DNA from: Deltaproteobacteria bacterium
Lineage (GTDB): Bacteria; Desulfobacterota; Dissulfuribacteria; Dissulfuribacterales; QOAL01
NCBI GenBank assembly: GCA_027067775.1
Contig: JAMOVK010000019.1
Coordinates: 1 to 61,082, forward strand
DNA: 61,082 nt
Direction: 5' to 3'
Part shown: piece after piece, positions 1-8,874 of the stretch
Layout of the letters: every line of letters starts with the position of its first letter
How positions within the stretch are numbered: position 1 is the first letter of the stretch
Position numbers and translations under genes: made by a program
The notes under the pieces: generated by a model
Databases searched by the model: none
Told to the model about the DNA's origin: nothing
What the model saw: only the letters and a program-made list of their open reading frames with translations

Positions 1-822
1 ATTGGATTCCGGTGTGATTTGCATTGTTACACACAGTCCCATGGCCATTATTGCCATGTATGGATTTAGCCTCAGATGTCTTTTGCCAAAAAATACTACA
101 GACAAAATGCCTAAAACGTAAAATATCAAGCTTAAACTGTCTAAAACAATTGGTAATTCCTGGTTTGTTATATTAGAGAGAGATTTCCCAAGTTTGTTGT
201 AATAAAATCCTCCAATTATGTAAAAGCACAAGAAAAATAACCAAAACCAATAAAGCCCAGGATTAACAGGATTTATAGAGTCATAGACCAAATTTTTTAC
301 AGTCTCTGGTTCAGGCCTCTTTATTCGCCATCCAGCCAAGGCAATCCCCAATAAGGCTAAGCCTAAAGGAAAGGGTAATTGCTCAAGTATAAAAAGAATG
401 ATGTTACCCAGAGCTATACCGATACCTATCGATGGAATAAGTTTTTCTATAGGTCTTTTTAGACCCAAAATAGTTAAGTGTAGTATCAAGACTCCAAAAA
501 CAAGCCCAAGAAAAACAAACAAAAAGAGAAACTGTTTCCAAGCACAAATTGAGACAAGAACACCGGCTAATGGCCAAAGATAAAGAGGAATTTTCCATCG
601 CTGGCTATATCTTGTCCAAAGAAATAATCCAACGGGTAAGCCCATCAAATTTCCAAAGAGGAAACACAAGGCGAATTCAGGATTTGGCGCGCCTAGGAGA
701 AGACCCTGCTCCAGGCCTACTCCAAGAAGCAGTATGGCAGTTAGCGCAAAACCCCTTACGAGCGAGTCGTTGAAATATTTTAAAAACATATGCATATGTA
801 CCCAAAATATGGCTATCCTCAT
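1..822 (-). CDS. Multi-pass membrane protein, partial (runs off the left edge; absent from the ORF track)
   Basis: Manual translation gives a stop-free frame from ATG at 822 (alternatives 795, 789) to base 1: MRIAIFWVHMHMFLKYFNDSLVRGFALTAILLLGVGLEQ...FLFLFVFLGLVFGVLILHL...YWFWLFFLCFYIIGG..., with many hydrophobic segments. Confidence 0.75.
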   Translation of the reverse strand, partial: MRIAIFWVHMHMFLKYFNDSLVRGFALTAILLLGVGLEQGLLLGAPNPEFALCFLFGNLMGLPVGLFLWTRYSQRWKIPLYLWPLAGVLVSICAWKQFLFLFVFLGLVFGVLILHLTILGLKRPIEKLIPSIGIGIALGNIILFILEQLPFPLGLALLGIALAGWRIKRPEPETVKNLVYDSINPVNPGLYWFWLFFLCFYIIGGFYYNKLGKSLSNITNQELPIVLDSLSLIFYVLGILSVVFFGKRHLRLNPYMAIMAMGLCVTMQITPESN

Positions 823-950
823 CCTTAGATCTTTTCATATGTATGTATCAGAAAAAGTCAAGAAGTTTGGGTGAAATTTTGGGTATTTTGGTTTTTTAGA
901 TGGGTCTAGAATAGCATGAGGATTTTATGAAAAGCATCAAAGAATGAACC

Positions 951-980
951 AAAAAGGCCGTCCCCTTGGACGGCCTTTTT
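951..980. terminator. Intrinsic terminator downstream of flgE
   Basis: aaaaaggccgtcc-cctt-ggacggccttttt: perfect stem with A/T tracts on both sides, 25 nt past the flgE stop. Confidence 0.85.
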
Positions 981-1004
981 CAGCTGATCCATTTTATTTA
1001 CTGT

Positions 1005-2522
1005 TTATCTTTTCATGTTTAGCAACTCGTTTAACATATCGTCTGTGGTAGTGATGACCCGTGAGTTTGCCTGAAATGCCCTTTGTGTAGTAATGAGCTT
1101 TACAAATTCAGTCCCCATATCAACTGTTGACTGTTCAAGTGCGTTTGCTGCAATGGAGCCAAGGCCATTGCTCCGAGGCGGGCCAGTTATGGCAGTGCCT
1201 GAGGCAGTGGTTTCTCTCCACAGGTTACCCCCTTCTTTTGAAAGGTCGGAAGGACTGTAGAACCTGGCCAGGGCGAGCTGACCAAGGGCTATTATCCTGC
1301 CGTTGGAGTATGAGCCAGAGATGATTCCTTCTGCATCTACGCTGAGGCTTTCTAGAAAACCGGCTCCAAAACCGTTCTGGTCGTAGAAGAGGGTGCTGGA
1401 ACGGTTTGCATACTGGGTGGTGGTTATGGTTTCTGGAGACCAGGACACCACCTGATTGCTGCCTGAATCTATCTGGGCATGTGCGCCAAAGCTGAATTCT
1501 ATCCTCTGGGCAGTGGTATCCAGGCCGGTTGTTGGATCGGTATTGCCAGAAGGTGGCTGGAAGAATGCAATAATTTGGGGATAGTTGTGATCACCAAATG
1601 CCTGATTTGTGTTTGTGTTGTTCTCAAGAGGACCTTCCTCGTTGGTGTCGTTGAAGCGATAGAGATCGAAAACCCTTTCTATTTGGCCATCTGGGGTGAA
1701 CTGGATCTTGCCCCTCATCAGTCTGCCAGCATTGGCGGTACCAGCGTTTCCAGACTTGTCTTCCATTGGGTTCATTGCCACCAGAAATTCCCATGTACGC
1801 TCATCTCCCTGGGTATTTGGATCGTCTATCTCCTTGTCAAAGTAGACTGTCAGTTCATGGGTGTTGCCCAGGCTGTCATACACCTTAAAGGTAGACTTGT
1901 ACTCGTAGTTGATGTTCTGTTTCAGACCACCATTTGGGTCCCCTGTGCTTCCATCCCATGTGTCTGCCAAGGTGTTGTTGCTGTCTACCGGTTTGGCCCC
2001 GTCGTCCAGGTTCACAGCTATTGTGGCCAGGCTGCTGGCCACAGGTGGCGAGGTATTTTGGATCTCTATGTCCTTGATGGAGCCAACTATTTCAAAGGTT
2101 CCATCTGGCTGCTCTTCCATGTCCCAGCCCTGGACTCTCAGTCCGGCCGGATTTACCAGATATCCGTTTTTGTCTACATGAAACTGGCCAGCTCTTGTGT
2201 AGTAGATGCTGTTTTCAATCTTTGGATTGGAGACCATGAAAAAGCCGTTACCTGCAATTGCCAGATCTGTGGGCGAGGCAGTGCTTTCAAAGGAGCCCTG
2301 GATGAAAAGGGGTGCCACGTCTGACATGGCAGATCCTCTACCTACCTGAGAGCCGCCCCTTGCCGTATTGATTGACTGGGCCATAATGTCTTGAAACGTG
2401 CTTCTTGCAGCCTTGAAGCCCGTGGTGTTTACATTGGAGATGTTGTCTCCGATAACCTGCATGGCGTTACCCATGTTTACCAGGCCACTTACTCCTGAAT
2501 ATAAAGAACTAGTTAAAGCCAT
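1005..2522 (-). CDS. flgE: Flagellar hook protein FlgE
   Basis: N-terminal SLYSGVSGL...IGDNISNVNTTGFK, YTRAGQF, and C-terminal LEQSTVDMGTEFVKLITTQRAFQANSRVITTTDDML. Confidence 0.97.
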   Translation of the reverse strand: MALTSSLYSGVSGLVNMGNAMQVIGDNISNVNTTGFKAARSTFQDIMAQSINTARGGSQVGRGSAMSDVAPLFIQGSFESTASPTDLAIAGNGFFMVSNPKIENSIYYTRAGQFHVDKNGYLVNPAGLRVQGWDMEEQPDGTFEIVGSIKDIEIQNTSPPVASSLATIAVNLDDGAKPVDSNNTLADTWDGSTGDPNGGLKQNINYEYKSTFKVYDSLGNTHELTVYFDKEIDDPNTQGDERTWEFLVAMNPMEDKSGNAGTANAGRLMRGKIQFTPDGQIERVFDLYRFNDTNEEGPLENNTNTNQAFGDHNYPQIIAFFQPPSGNTDPTTGLDTTAQRIEFSFGAHAQIDSGSNQVVSWSPETITTTQYANRSSTLFYDQNGFGAGFLESLSVDAEGIISGSYSNGRIIALGQLALARFYSPSDLSKEGGNLWRETTASGTAITGPPRSNGLGSIAANALEQSTVDMGTEFVKLITTQRAFQANSRVITTTDDMLNELLNMKR

Positions 2523-2549
2523 TTTTTTTATACCTCCTGTATCTTAAAC

Positions 2550-3251
2550 TTAGGATTCAACCTTTGTTATATCTTTAAAATCTATGGCCTTGTCACCCTT
2601 AATGGTGATCTTAGGAAAGCCATCTTTGCCGTTTTCAATGCCAGAGACCATGCCCATTGTTTTTGTGGTAAGTTCAACTTCCTGGCCAGAGGCGTCTTCT
2701 GCAGAGATAGAAACCGTATATGCGCCTTCATGGGCCTTGTCTCCGTTGGTATCGGTGCCATCCCATTCCAGGCTCACTTCCTGACCAGGCTCCAGAGGGC
2801 CGATATTTAACTCTTTTACCAGATTCCCTGCTGGAGAATAGATAGACGCCTTTACGTCAACTGCCTGAACATCCTGGTCGTTAAAGATGCTAAAGGGTTC
2901 CACACCTTTGTCTGAGACAAAGATCTTGCTGCCTTCGTATTCCACCCTGTGGCCTAGAAGGCTGATGGCGGTGACAGATGCCGCCATGTTTTGGGCATTG
3001 GTCATACTTTCAAGCGCTGCATTATTTTTATACATAAGATCCACCATGTTGAACTGGGCAACTTGTGAGGCCATCTCAGCGCTTTCCATAGGGTTCATTG
3101 GATCTTGATACTGAAGCTGGGTTACAAAGAGCTTCATAAAGTCATCCCTTCCAAGGGTGGCATGTTCCTCTTTGGTCTTGTATTCGATATCTTCAAGCCC
3201 TGTATTGCTTGTTTGGGCTGAGCTGTTGGGTATGCTACCTAATGCTGTCAC
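2550..3251 (-). CDS. flgD: Flagellar hook capping protein FlgD
   Basis: LGRDDFMKLFVTQLQYQDPMNPM motif and WDGTDTNG Ig-like motif; lies directly upstream of flgE. Confidence 0.95.
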   Translation of the reverse strand: MTALGSIPNSSAQTSNTGLEDIEYKTKEEHATLGRDDFMKLFVTQLQYQDPMNPMESAEMASQVAQFNMVDLMYKNNAALESMTNAQNMAASVTAISLLGHRVEYEGSKIFVSDKGVEPFSIFNDQDVQAVDVKASIYSPAGNLVKELNIGPLEPGQEVSLEWDGTDTNGDKAHEGAYTVSISAEDASGQEVELTTKTMGMVSGIENGKDGFPKITIKGDKAIDFKDITKVES

Positions 3252-3263
3252 GGCTAAATTCTC

Positions 3264-4982
3264 CTATGCAATAATGTGTACCCCATCAGGGCGAATGCCG
3301 GTTGTTCTGGAAGTTGTTACTTCCTCAACCCCGTCGTTTCTGTCTGTAAGTAATGAGGTTGGGTAGCCAAATGGAGTGAGCTTTTCCTGTTGGGCACCTG
3401 TCCACTGACTGAAACCACCACTTACATCCACGTTGACCTGTGACATGGAAAAACCGTTCTGAGAAAGACTGTCCCTTAACTGTTGCATGTTCGCCTCAAG
3501 TATGTGGCGAGTCTCCGGGTGGTCTGCCACAAAACTTGCCTGAACATGATTGTTGTGGGACACGGTGATGTTGACCTTAACACTTCCAAGCTCTGGTGGA
3601 TTGAGATGGAGCACGGCCCTGTTTTTGTTCATCTTCAGTGCCTGGCTGATTCCCTCTCTTACCTGTGTGGTGACCAGATCATCCAGGTTGTTGTCGGCAA
3701 CGTTGGCAGACGTATCTATATCTATATCGTTCCTATAGATGGCTGTGATACTGCTAGGAGTTATACGTCTTTGATCAAATTGTTGAGTGCTTTGTCCTTC
3801 ATCACCGTTCTGGTTATTTCCTGGTTCTTGATTTTGGTTGTTATTGAAATCAATTGTCAGTGCTTCATCGCCTTTTGCATTAATGGTAGAGGTTTGGTTG
3901 TTTTGTGCCTCAGATACCGGAGACGAAGTTGATAAGCGGCCCTTTAGTAAGTCAGGTGAAACATGAAGGGTCTGCATTTCAAGATTGCCATGATCTGTTT
4001 TGATGGAGGCCTTGGCCATTTGGATGCTTTCGTCCTGGCTGTCTTGAGAGGTATCTATAAAAGACAGCCTTTGGTCATTGGATATACGCTGGCCAAATCT
4101 TCCGGAACCTGAATATCTGAGATCAGAGATGTTTAGTCCTCTGCCTTTGCTGTAGGTGACAGTCATAAGGTGCAGGTCAAGATCGTTTTCAGAAGATTGT
4201 CTCTGTTCGGCGATCCTGGAGCCAGGTTCGCCTGTCTGCCTGCCACTCGGTTGTGTGGCAGCTGTCTGTGAAGCTCTATCAGAGTCTGCTTTTGCACCAT
4301 CCGGGTTACCTGGAAATGGGATATTTGATTTCTGGTTTATATCTCCTTGCCAGGTCGTATTGGGTTCATTTTCAACAGTCTCGGATAGGCCTGTTTCTGC
4401 CAGATTAATGCCTGGAGCTACCACTTTGGACATGGATGCAGATTGGATTTGAGGGTTTTCTGAGACCATGTAGGCAGAAGTTGCAGCCTCGTTGGACGGG
4501 GCCTCTAACAGGCCTGATTCCAATGGAACAGTGGGGGATTGGGAAGAAACGGAGCTGGAAGAGTCTCCTTGAAAGGCCATGGCAAGTTCCTGAAACATGG
4601 TAAGTATCATCTGCAACTGTGATATGAATCCATTTGACCATCTATCTGTTCCAGGGTTTGGGGCGTTTTCTTTGGCATCTGAAGATCCTGCCTCTTCTGT
4701 ACCATATTGGCCCTCCTTGGAAGTTAGTGATAGAGGTTGAGAGCCGTTTTCATTGTCTCCGTTGCCCCAAAGAAGGTTCAAAAAAGCAAAGAGATCCTTA
4801 AACGGGTTAGCAGCTTGGTCATTGTTATTAAGACTTTCTCCATGCTGTGCAGAAGCCATTTCAGTGGCTCCGAGTAGATTGTCAAAGTCCGATTTTCCCG
4901 AGGCGGTTCCAGAGGTTGTTATGTTTTCACCTGTTACTGGCGGACTGCCTGGAAATAGGTTTGTAATTGCAGCAGCTGTCAT
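3264..4982 (-). CDS. fliK: Flagellar hook-length control protein FliK
   Basis: Low-complexity S/Q/N-rich N-terminus and C-terminal LHLNPPELGSVKV...LEANMQQLRDSLSQNG domain. Start moved to ATG 4982 (GGGAGA RBS) from the track's 5066. Confidence 0.9.
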   Translation of the reverse strand: MTAAAITNLFPGSPPVTGENITTSGTASGKSDFDNLLGATEMASAQHGESLNNNDQAANPFKDLFAFLNLLWGNGDNENGSQPLSLTSKEGQYGTEEAGSSDAKENAPNPGTDRWSNGFISQLQMILTMFQELAMAFQGDSSSSVSSQSPTVPLESGLLEAPSNEAATSAYMVSENPQIQSASMSKVVAPGINLAETGLSETVENEPNTTWQGDINQKSNIPFPGNPDGAKADSDRASQTAATQPSGRQTGEPGSRIAEQRQSSENDLDLHLMTVTYSKGRGLNISDLRYSGSGRFGQRISNDQRLSFIDTSQDSQDESIQMAKASIKTDHGNLEMQTLHVSPDLLKGRLSTSSPVSEAQNNQTSTINAKGDEALTIDFNNNQNQEPGNNQNGDEGQSTQQFDQRRITPSSITAIYRNDIDIDTSANVADNNLDDLVTTQVREGISQALKMNKNRAVLHLNPPELGSVKVNITVSHNNHVQASFVADHPETRHILEANMQQLRDSLSQNGFSMSQVNVDVSGGFSQWTGAQQEKLTPFGYPTSLLTDRNDGVEEVTTSRTTGIRPDGVHIIA

Positions 4983-5231
4983 GCCTTTTATTCTCCCGTG
5001 TCTTTTTGGTTTAAAACGCAGTGCATTTTGTGATCTGCAAATAGTGTTCCTGGGGAAAAAGAGCAATCCAGACTGCTCAAAGGGTGCTGTAGAGGCGTTT
5101 TTTCAACCGTGGTATGAAAACCGCATATAATAAATGGAAATTGTTTCCCACAGGTGGGCAACAAGTGCCATTTTACTATCCTGATATAATGTTTGTTTTG
5201 TCTTTTCAGACAGTTATTGTGAACAAAGGAA

Positions 5232-5423
5232 TGCAGATTGGCAGGAGGTGACTTTCACAGGCAGGAAAGCAGGGTCAAGAGCTTCGAGGGCTTGGCTTTG
5301 CAGAAATCCAAATTCCCTCGCTCCGCTCGGCTTGAGTGGATTTCTTTTGCTCCGCCTTCGCCAAGAATCTCTAGGCCCTGTTCCCAACACCTGATGAAAA
5401 GCCACCATCCTGGCCAATCTGCA
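5232..5423. repeat. Long imperfect palindrome, element A (~190 nt hairpin)
   Basis: tgcagattgg (5232-41) pairs with ccaatctgca (5414-23); nested arms cagga/tcctg, ggtg/cacc, tttca/tgaaa, ggaa/ttcc, cagggtc/ggccctg; inner stem gaaatcca/tggatttc. Confidence 0.85.
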
Positions 5424-5807
5424 ACCGATCTAGACCCTTTCTCCTGTAACATACAGCTGTTGTACCAATATTTGGTGTTATGCAGCTAGCACTAGAAGAT
5501 CAATGTGGGACATCCAGTGCAGGCTTTAGAAATAACGGCTTTAATAACAGTACAATTTTAAGGCGTCACCTTCACCCTCGATTGCATAAAATGGAGGCAT
5601 TCTGGAAAGTCTAAAAAGTGGGACGGTTTTTTTGAGATTATTACCACCTCAGACCTCCATTCGTCTTGTCACAAAAAACATTCTCTTAGCAACAAAACGC
5701 TCTTACTAAGACATTCTTGGTAGAGTCCAAATATCATGAAATAAAGACATGGAACTTGGGTGATTCCCAATTTTTAAAGGTGGTGTTCTGAACAGCAGGA
5801 TTCATCA

Positions 5808-5998
5808 GATGGATAGGGCAAGGATAGGGGTTTGATTAGACATTTGGGAACAGGGCCTAGAGATTCTTGGTGAAGCGAAGCGGCTGAAACCTCCATTTAG
5901 CGAGCGGCTTTGGAGCGTTTCAGCGAAGCAAACCATAGAAGCACTTGGCCCTGCTTTCCAGTCTAGTCAAAGTCCTTCCTTGCCCGTCCATATCCATC
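5808..5998. repeat. Long imperfect palindrome, element B (inverted relative of element A)
   Basis: gggcaagga/tccttgccc, tttgattagac/gtctagtcaaa, cagggcc/ggccctg, inner gctgaaac/gtttcagc. Shares ttgggaacagggcctagagattcttggYgaa (31 nt, 1 mismatch) with the reverse complement of A. Confidence 0.85.
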
Positions 5999-6167
5999 CG
6001 TTTACCATGGCATGTATAAACTGGAAAAAAGATCCCGCTCATACAGGCAGATTGATAGGTCGAGTATTTCGTTACTGCAGTAATAAGTTGACAAGGGGTT
6101 GGGCTTTTATTTTTTTATCCTAGGATTTTCTGTCTGATTTTCAAAAAGGCCCAAGACAAGTGTAATT

Positions 6168-6740
6168 ATGAAAAGTATCATAGAGTTAGCTCTAAAAGGG
6201 GTTACTAAGGCCCTGGATGAAACGGTAAGTGAACAGTGTCATGTTATTCAGGCTATTGCCTCATCTATTGGTTCCTGCTTAAAGAATAGAGGTAAGGTGC
6301 TTCTTTGTGGAAACGGTGGAAGTGCTGCAGACTGTCAGCACATTGCAGCGGAGTTCGTAAACAGGTTTAAGATGGAAAGATCTCCCCTTCCTGCAGTCGC
6401 CCTGACAACTGATACATCCATCCTGACAGCCATTGCCAACGACTATTCTTTTTCCCAGGTGTTTGCCAAACAGGTTCAGGCCCTTGGCAAAATGGGTGAT
6501 GTACTTTTGGCAATATCAACAAGCGGATCATCTTCGAATATCCTGGAGGCCCTTGAGATTGCAAGACAACTTAACATTGTAACAGTAGGTTTTACCGGGG
6601 CAGCAGATAGTAAGATGGAAGGATTATGTGACATGATCTTGAAGGTAGCCTCTAGAGATACCCCACGCATTCAGGAAGTCCACATATTTTGCGCACATGT
6701 CATATGTGACATGGTTGAAAGGAGTCTTTTTGGCAGATGA
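6168..6740 (+). CDS. gmhA: Phosphoheptose isomerase (sedoheptulose-7-phosphate isomerase)
   Basis: CGNGGSAADCQHIAAEFVNRF, LTTDTSILTAIANDY, ISTSGSS, RIQEVH motifs. Confidence 0.96.
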   Translation: MKSIIELALKGVTKALDETVSEQCHVIQAIASSIGSCLKNRGKVLLCGNGGSAADCQHIAAEFVNRFKMERSPLPAVALTTDTSILTAIANDYSFSQVFAKQVQALGKMGDVLLAISTSGSSSNILEALEIARQLNIVTVGFTGAADSKMEGLCDMILKVASRDTPRIQEVHIFCAHVICDMVERSLFGR

Positions 6741-7678
6741 GCTATCCAAAGCCCTTTTCCTTTGAAAAACTAAATACATACAGCCTTTATGAAAGACCAA
6801 GCAAGGTGGGCATTAAAGACCTTGGCAGGCCTGTTCAGGCTGGTATGGGCATGAAGGACTTTCTTGCCAGTCTTCCCAGCCAGCTTGCTGCCAGGGATCT
6901 TTTGGAAATTGCAAAAAGATGGGCCAAGGCGGTCAGGCAAGGCAGAAAGGTCATATTTGCCATGGGAGCCCATGTTATAAAGGTAGGGCTTACGCCCCTT
7001 TTGATAGATTTAATGGAAAGGGGCCTAGTCAGCGCATTTGCCCTGAATGGTGCTGGCATAATTCACGACTCTGAGCTTGCCATGGCAGGCAAGACGTCGG
7101 AAGATGTGGCATCTGTGTTAGGCTCCGGTGAGTTTGGAGCGGCTAGGGAGACCGGGCAGTTTCTGAATCAGGCAATTGGTGTAGCCTGCCGAGAAGGTAT
7201 CGGCCTTGGCCATGCAGTAGGAAAGAAGCTTCTTGAAGCCTCCTTTCCATATAACAACTGTAGCCTTGTTGCCCAGGCAGCCTTAAGGCAGGTCCCGGTA
7301 ACGGTTCATGTGGCGATAGGCACTGATATTATCCATATTCATCCTGATGCCAATGGAGCGGAGATCGGAGAAGCCACCTACAGAGACTTTAAGATCTTTT
7401 GTTCCCTTGTTGCTGACTTGCAAGATGGTGTATACTTCAACATTGGTTCGGCTGTTCTTCTTCCTGAAGTGTTCCTCAAGGCCCTCACGGCTGTAAGGAA
7501 CCTGGGTCATGCTGTGGACAGGCTTACTACGGTGAATCTTGATTTTATCAGGCAGTATCGGCCCTTGACCAACGTTGTTAACAGACCTACCTTGGAAGGC
7601 GGAAAGGGGTACAACCTGACAGGCCATCATGAGTTGATGTTACCCCTTCTTGCAGCAGCCGTAATGGAAGAACTTTAG
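6737..7678 (+). CDS. Conserved hypothetical protein with deoxyhypusine-synthase-like features
   Basis: MGAHVIK, NGAGIIHDSELA, GSAVLLPEVFLKA and GHHELMLPLL resemble DHS-like NAD-binding proteins; overlaps the gmhA stop (ATGA). Confidence 0.6.
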   Translation: MSYPKPFSFEKLNTYSLYERPSKVGIKDLGRPVQAGMGMKDFLASLPSQLAARDLLEIAKRWAKAVRQGRKVIFAMGAHVIKVGLTPLLIDLMERGLVSAFALNGAGIIHDSELAMAGKTSEDVASVLGSGEFGAARETGQFLNQAIGVACREGIGLGHAVGKKLLEASFPYNNCSLVAQAALRQVPVTVHVAIGTDIIHIHPDANGAEIGEATYRDFKIFCSLVADLQDGVYFNIGSAVLLPEVFLKALTAVRNLGHAVDRLTTVNLDFIRQYRPLTNVVNRPTLEGGKGYNLTGHHELMLPLLAAAVMEEL

Positions 7679-7697
7679 ATACGGAGGATCTAAAAAG

Positions 7698-7928
7698 ATG
7701 CCAATCTATGAATATGTATGCAATTCGTGTGGTGAAGAGTTTGAGCAGTTGGTCTTTAGTTCAGACAAGGTGATAAAATGTAGGAAGTGCGGTTCTGAGG
7801 ATACGGTCAAAAAGATGTCCATGTTTGCCATGAAGTCAGCAGGAACTTTCAGAGGCACTGGCAAGAAGGCCGCCTCTGGCGGGTGTGCAGGCTGCACCAG
7901 CACCAACTGCAGCTCTTGCAGTGGATAG
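7698..7928 (+). CDS. FmdB-family zinc-ribbon protein with Cys-rich tail
   Basis: MPIYEYVCNSCG...CRKCGS signature plus C-terminal CAGC-TSTN-CSSC. Confidence 0.88.
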   Translation: MPIYEYVCNSCGEEFEQLVFSSDKVIKCRKCGSEDTVKKMSMFAMKSAGTFRGTGKKAASGGCAGCTSTNCSSCSG

Positions 7929-7944
7929 GGCATAGGGACAGTCA

Positions 7945-8874
7945 ATGAAGAAAAGGCTTGTACTAGCCACAAGAAGGAGCAAACTGGCCCTGGCCCAAAG
8001 TACATGGGTAAAAGAGCAGATAGAGCGATCTTGGCCGGACTGCACAGTCGAGCTCCTGAAGGTAACCACCAAGGGAGACAAGATACTCGATGTCCCCCTT
8101 GCAAAGGTCGGGGGCAAGGGTCTTTTTGTCAAGGAGATAGAAGAGGCCATGTTGGACGGACGCGCAGATCTTGCTGTCCACAGCCTTAAGGATGTCCCTA
8201 CTGAGATTCCAGAGGGCCTGGAGGTCTCGATTTTCCCAAAGAGGGAAGACTGCCGTGATGCCCTTGTGAGTAGGGAAGGTTCTTGTCTTCAGGGGTTACC
8301 TCAAGGTGCCAGGGTGGGTACAAGCAGTTTGAGGCGCATGGCCCAGCTAAGGCTTGTCAGGCCGGATCTGCAGATAGAATCCTTGAGGGGAAACCTGGAC
8401 ACCAGACTTAAAAAACTAGAAGAAGGAAATTTTGATGCCATTGTACTTGCAGCGGCAGGCCTGAACAGGCTTGGACTGTCAGGGCGGATTTCCTGTTTTT
8501 TGTCAACAGATACCATGATTCCTGCAATAGGTCAGGGCGCCCTTGGAATAGAGTTTAGAAGCGATGACCCGGATACACGGGCCATGCTCGAATCTTTACA
8601 TCACGAACAGACGGCCATCTGCGTTTGTGCAGAGCGCGCCTTCTTAAAGAGGCTTGAGGGTGGTTGTCAGGTGCCTATTGGGGCCATTGCATCCCTTTCA
8701 GATGGAACGCTTGTCCTTGTCGGGATTGTTGCCGACGAGCATGGGAAAAGGGTTGTGCGCGAACAGATTTCTGGTCCGGCTTCCAAGGCTGAAAGTCTGG
8801 GACGGCAGCTTGCAGGCACGATACTGGATCGCGGTGGCAGGGAAATCCTAGAGGAAGTGTACAGTGCAGGATAA
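7945..8874 (+). CDS. hemC: Hydroxymethylbilane synthase (porphobilinogen deaminase)
   Basis: ATRRSKLALAQ, GKGLFVKEIE, AVHSLKDVP, GTSSLRR, RGNLDTRL, LEGGCQVP. Confidence 0.97.
   Translation: MKKRLVLATRRSKLALAQSTWVKEQIERSWPDCTVELLKVTTKGDKILDVPLAKVGGKGLFVKEIEEAMLDGRADLAVHSLKDVPTEIPEGLEVSIFPKREDCRDALVSREGSCLQGLPQGARVGTSSLRRMAQLRLVRPDLQIESLRGNLDTRLKKLEEGNFDAIVLAAAGLNRLGLSGRISCFLSTDTMIPAIGQGALGIEFRSDDPDTRAMLESLHHEQTAICVCAERAFLKRLEGGCQVPIGAIASLSDGTLVLVGIVADEHGKRVVREQISGPASKAESLGRQLAGTILDRGGREILEEVYSAG

Noticed and set aside
398-773. Short ORFs 398-583, 404-598 and 549-773
   Set aside because: They overlap the long minus-strand membrane ORF (1-822) and have no motifs.
5156-5170. sigma54-like TGGCAC-TTG-TTGC upstream of fliK (minus strand)
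   Set aside because: GG to GC spacing is 8 nt instead of the required 10.
5214-5489. ORFs 5214-5417, 5238-5489 and 5255-5452
   Set aside because: They lie on hairpin element A, lack a clear RBS or motifs, and are best explained as chance frames.
5590-5661. GGAAAG...GTGGGACG segment recalling a c-di-GMP-I riboswitch, inside an aatggagg/cctccatt repeat
   Set aside because: Lacks GGCAAA and the GCAAAGCC continuation, and is on the opposite strand to the flagellar genes. An Rfam search would settle it.
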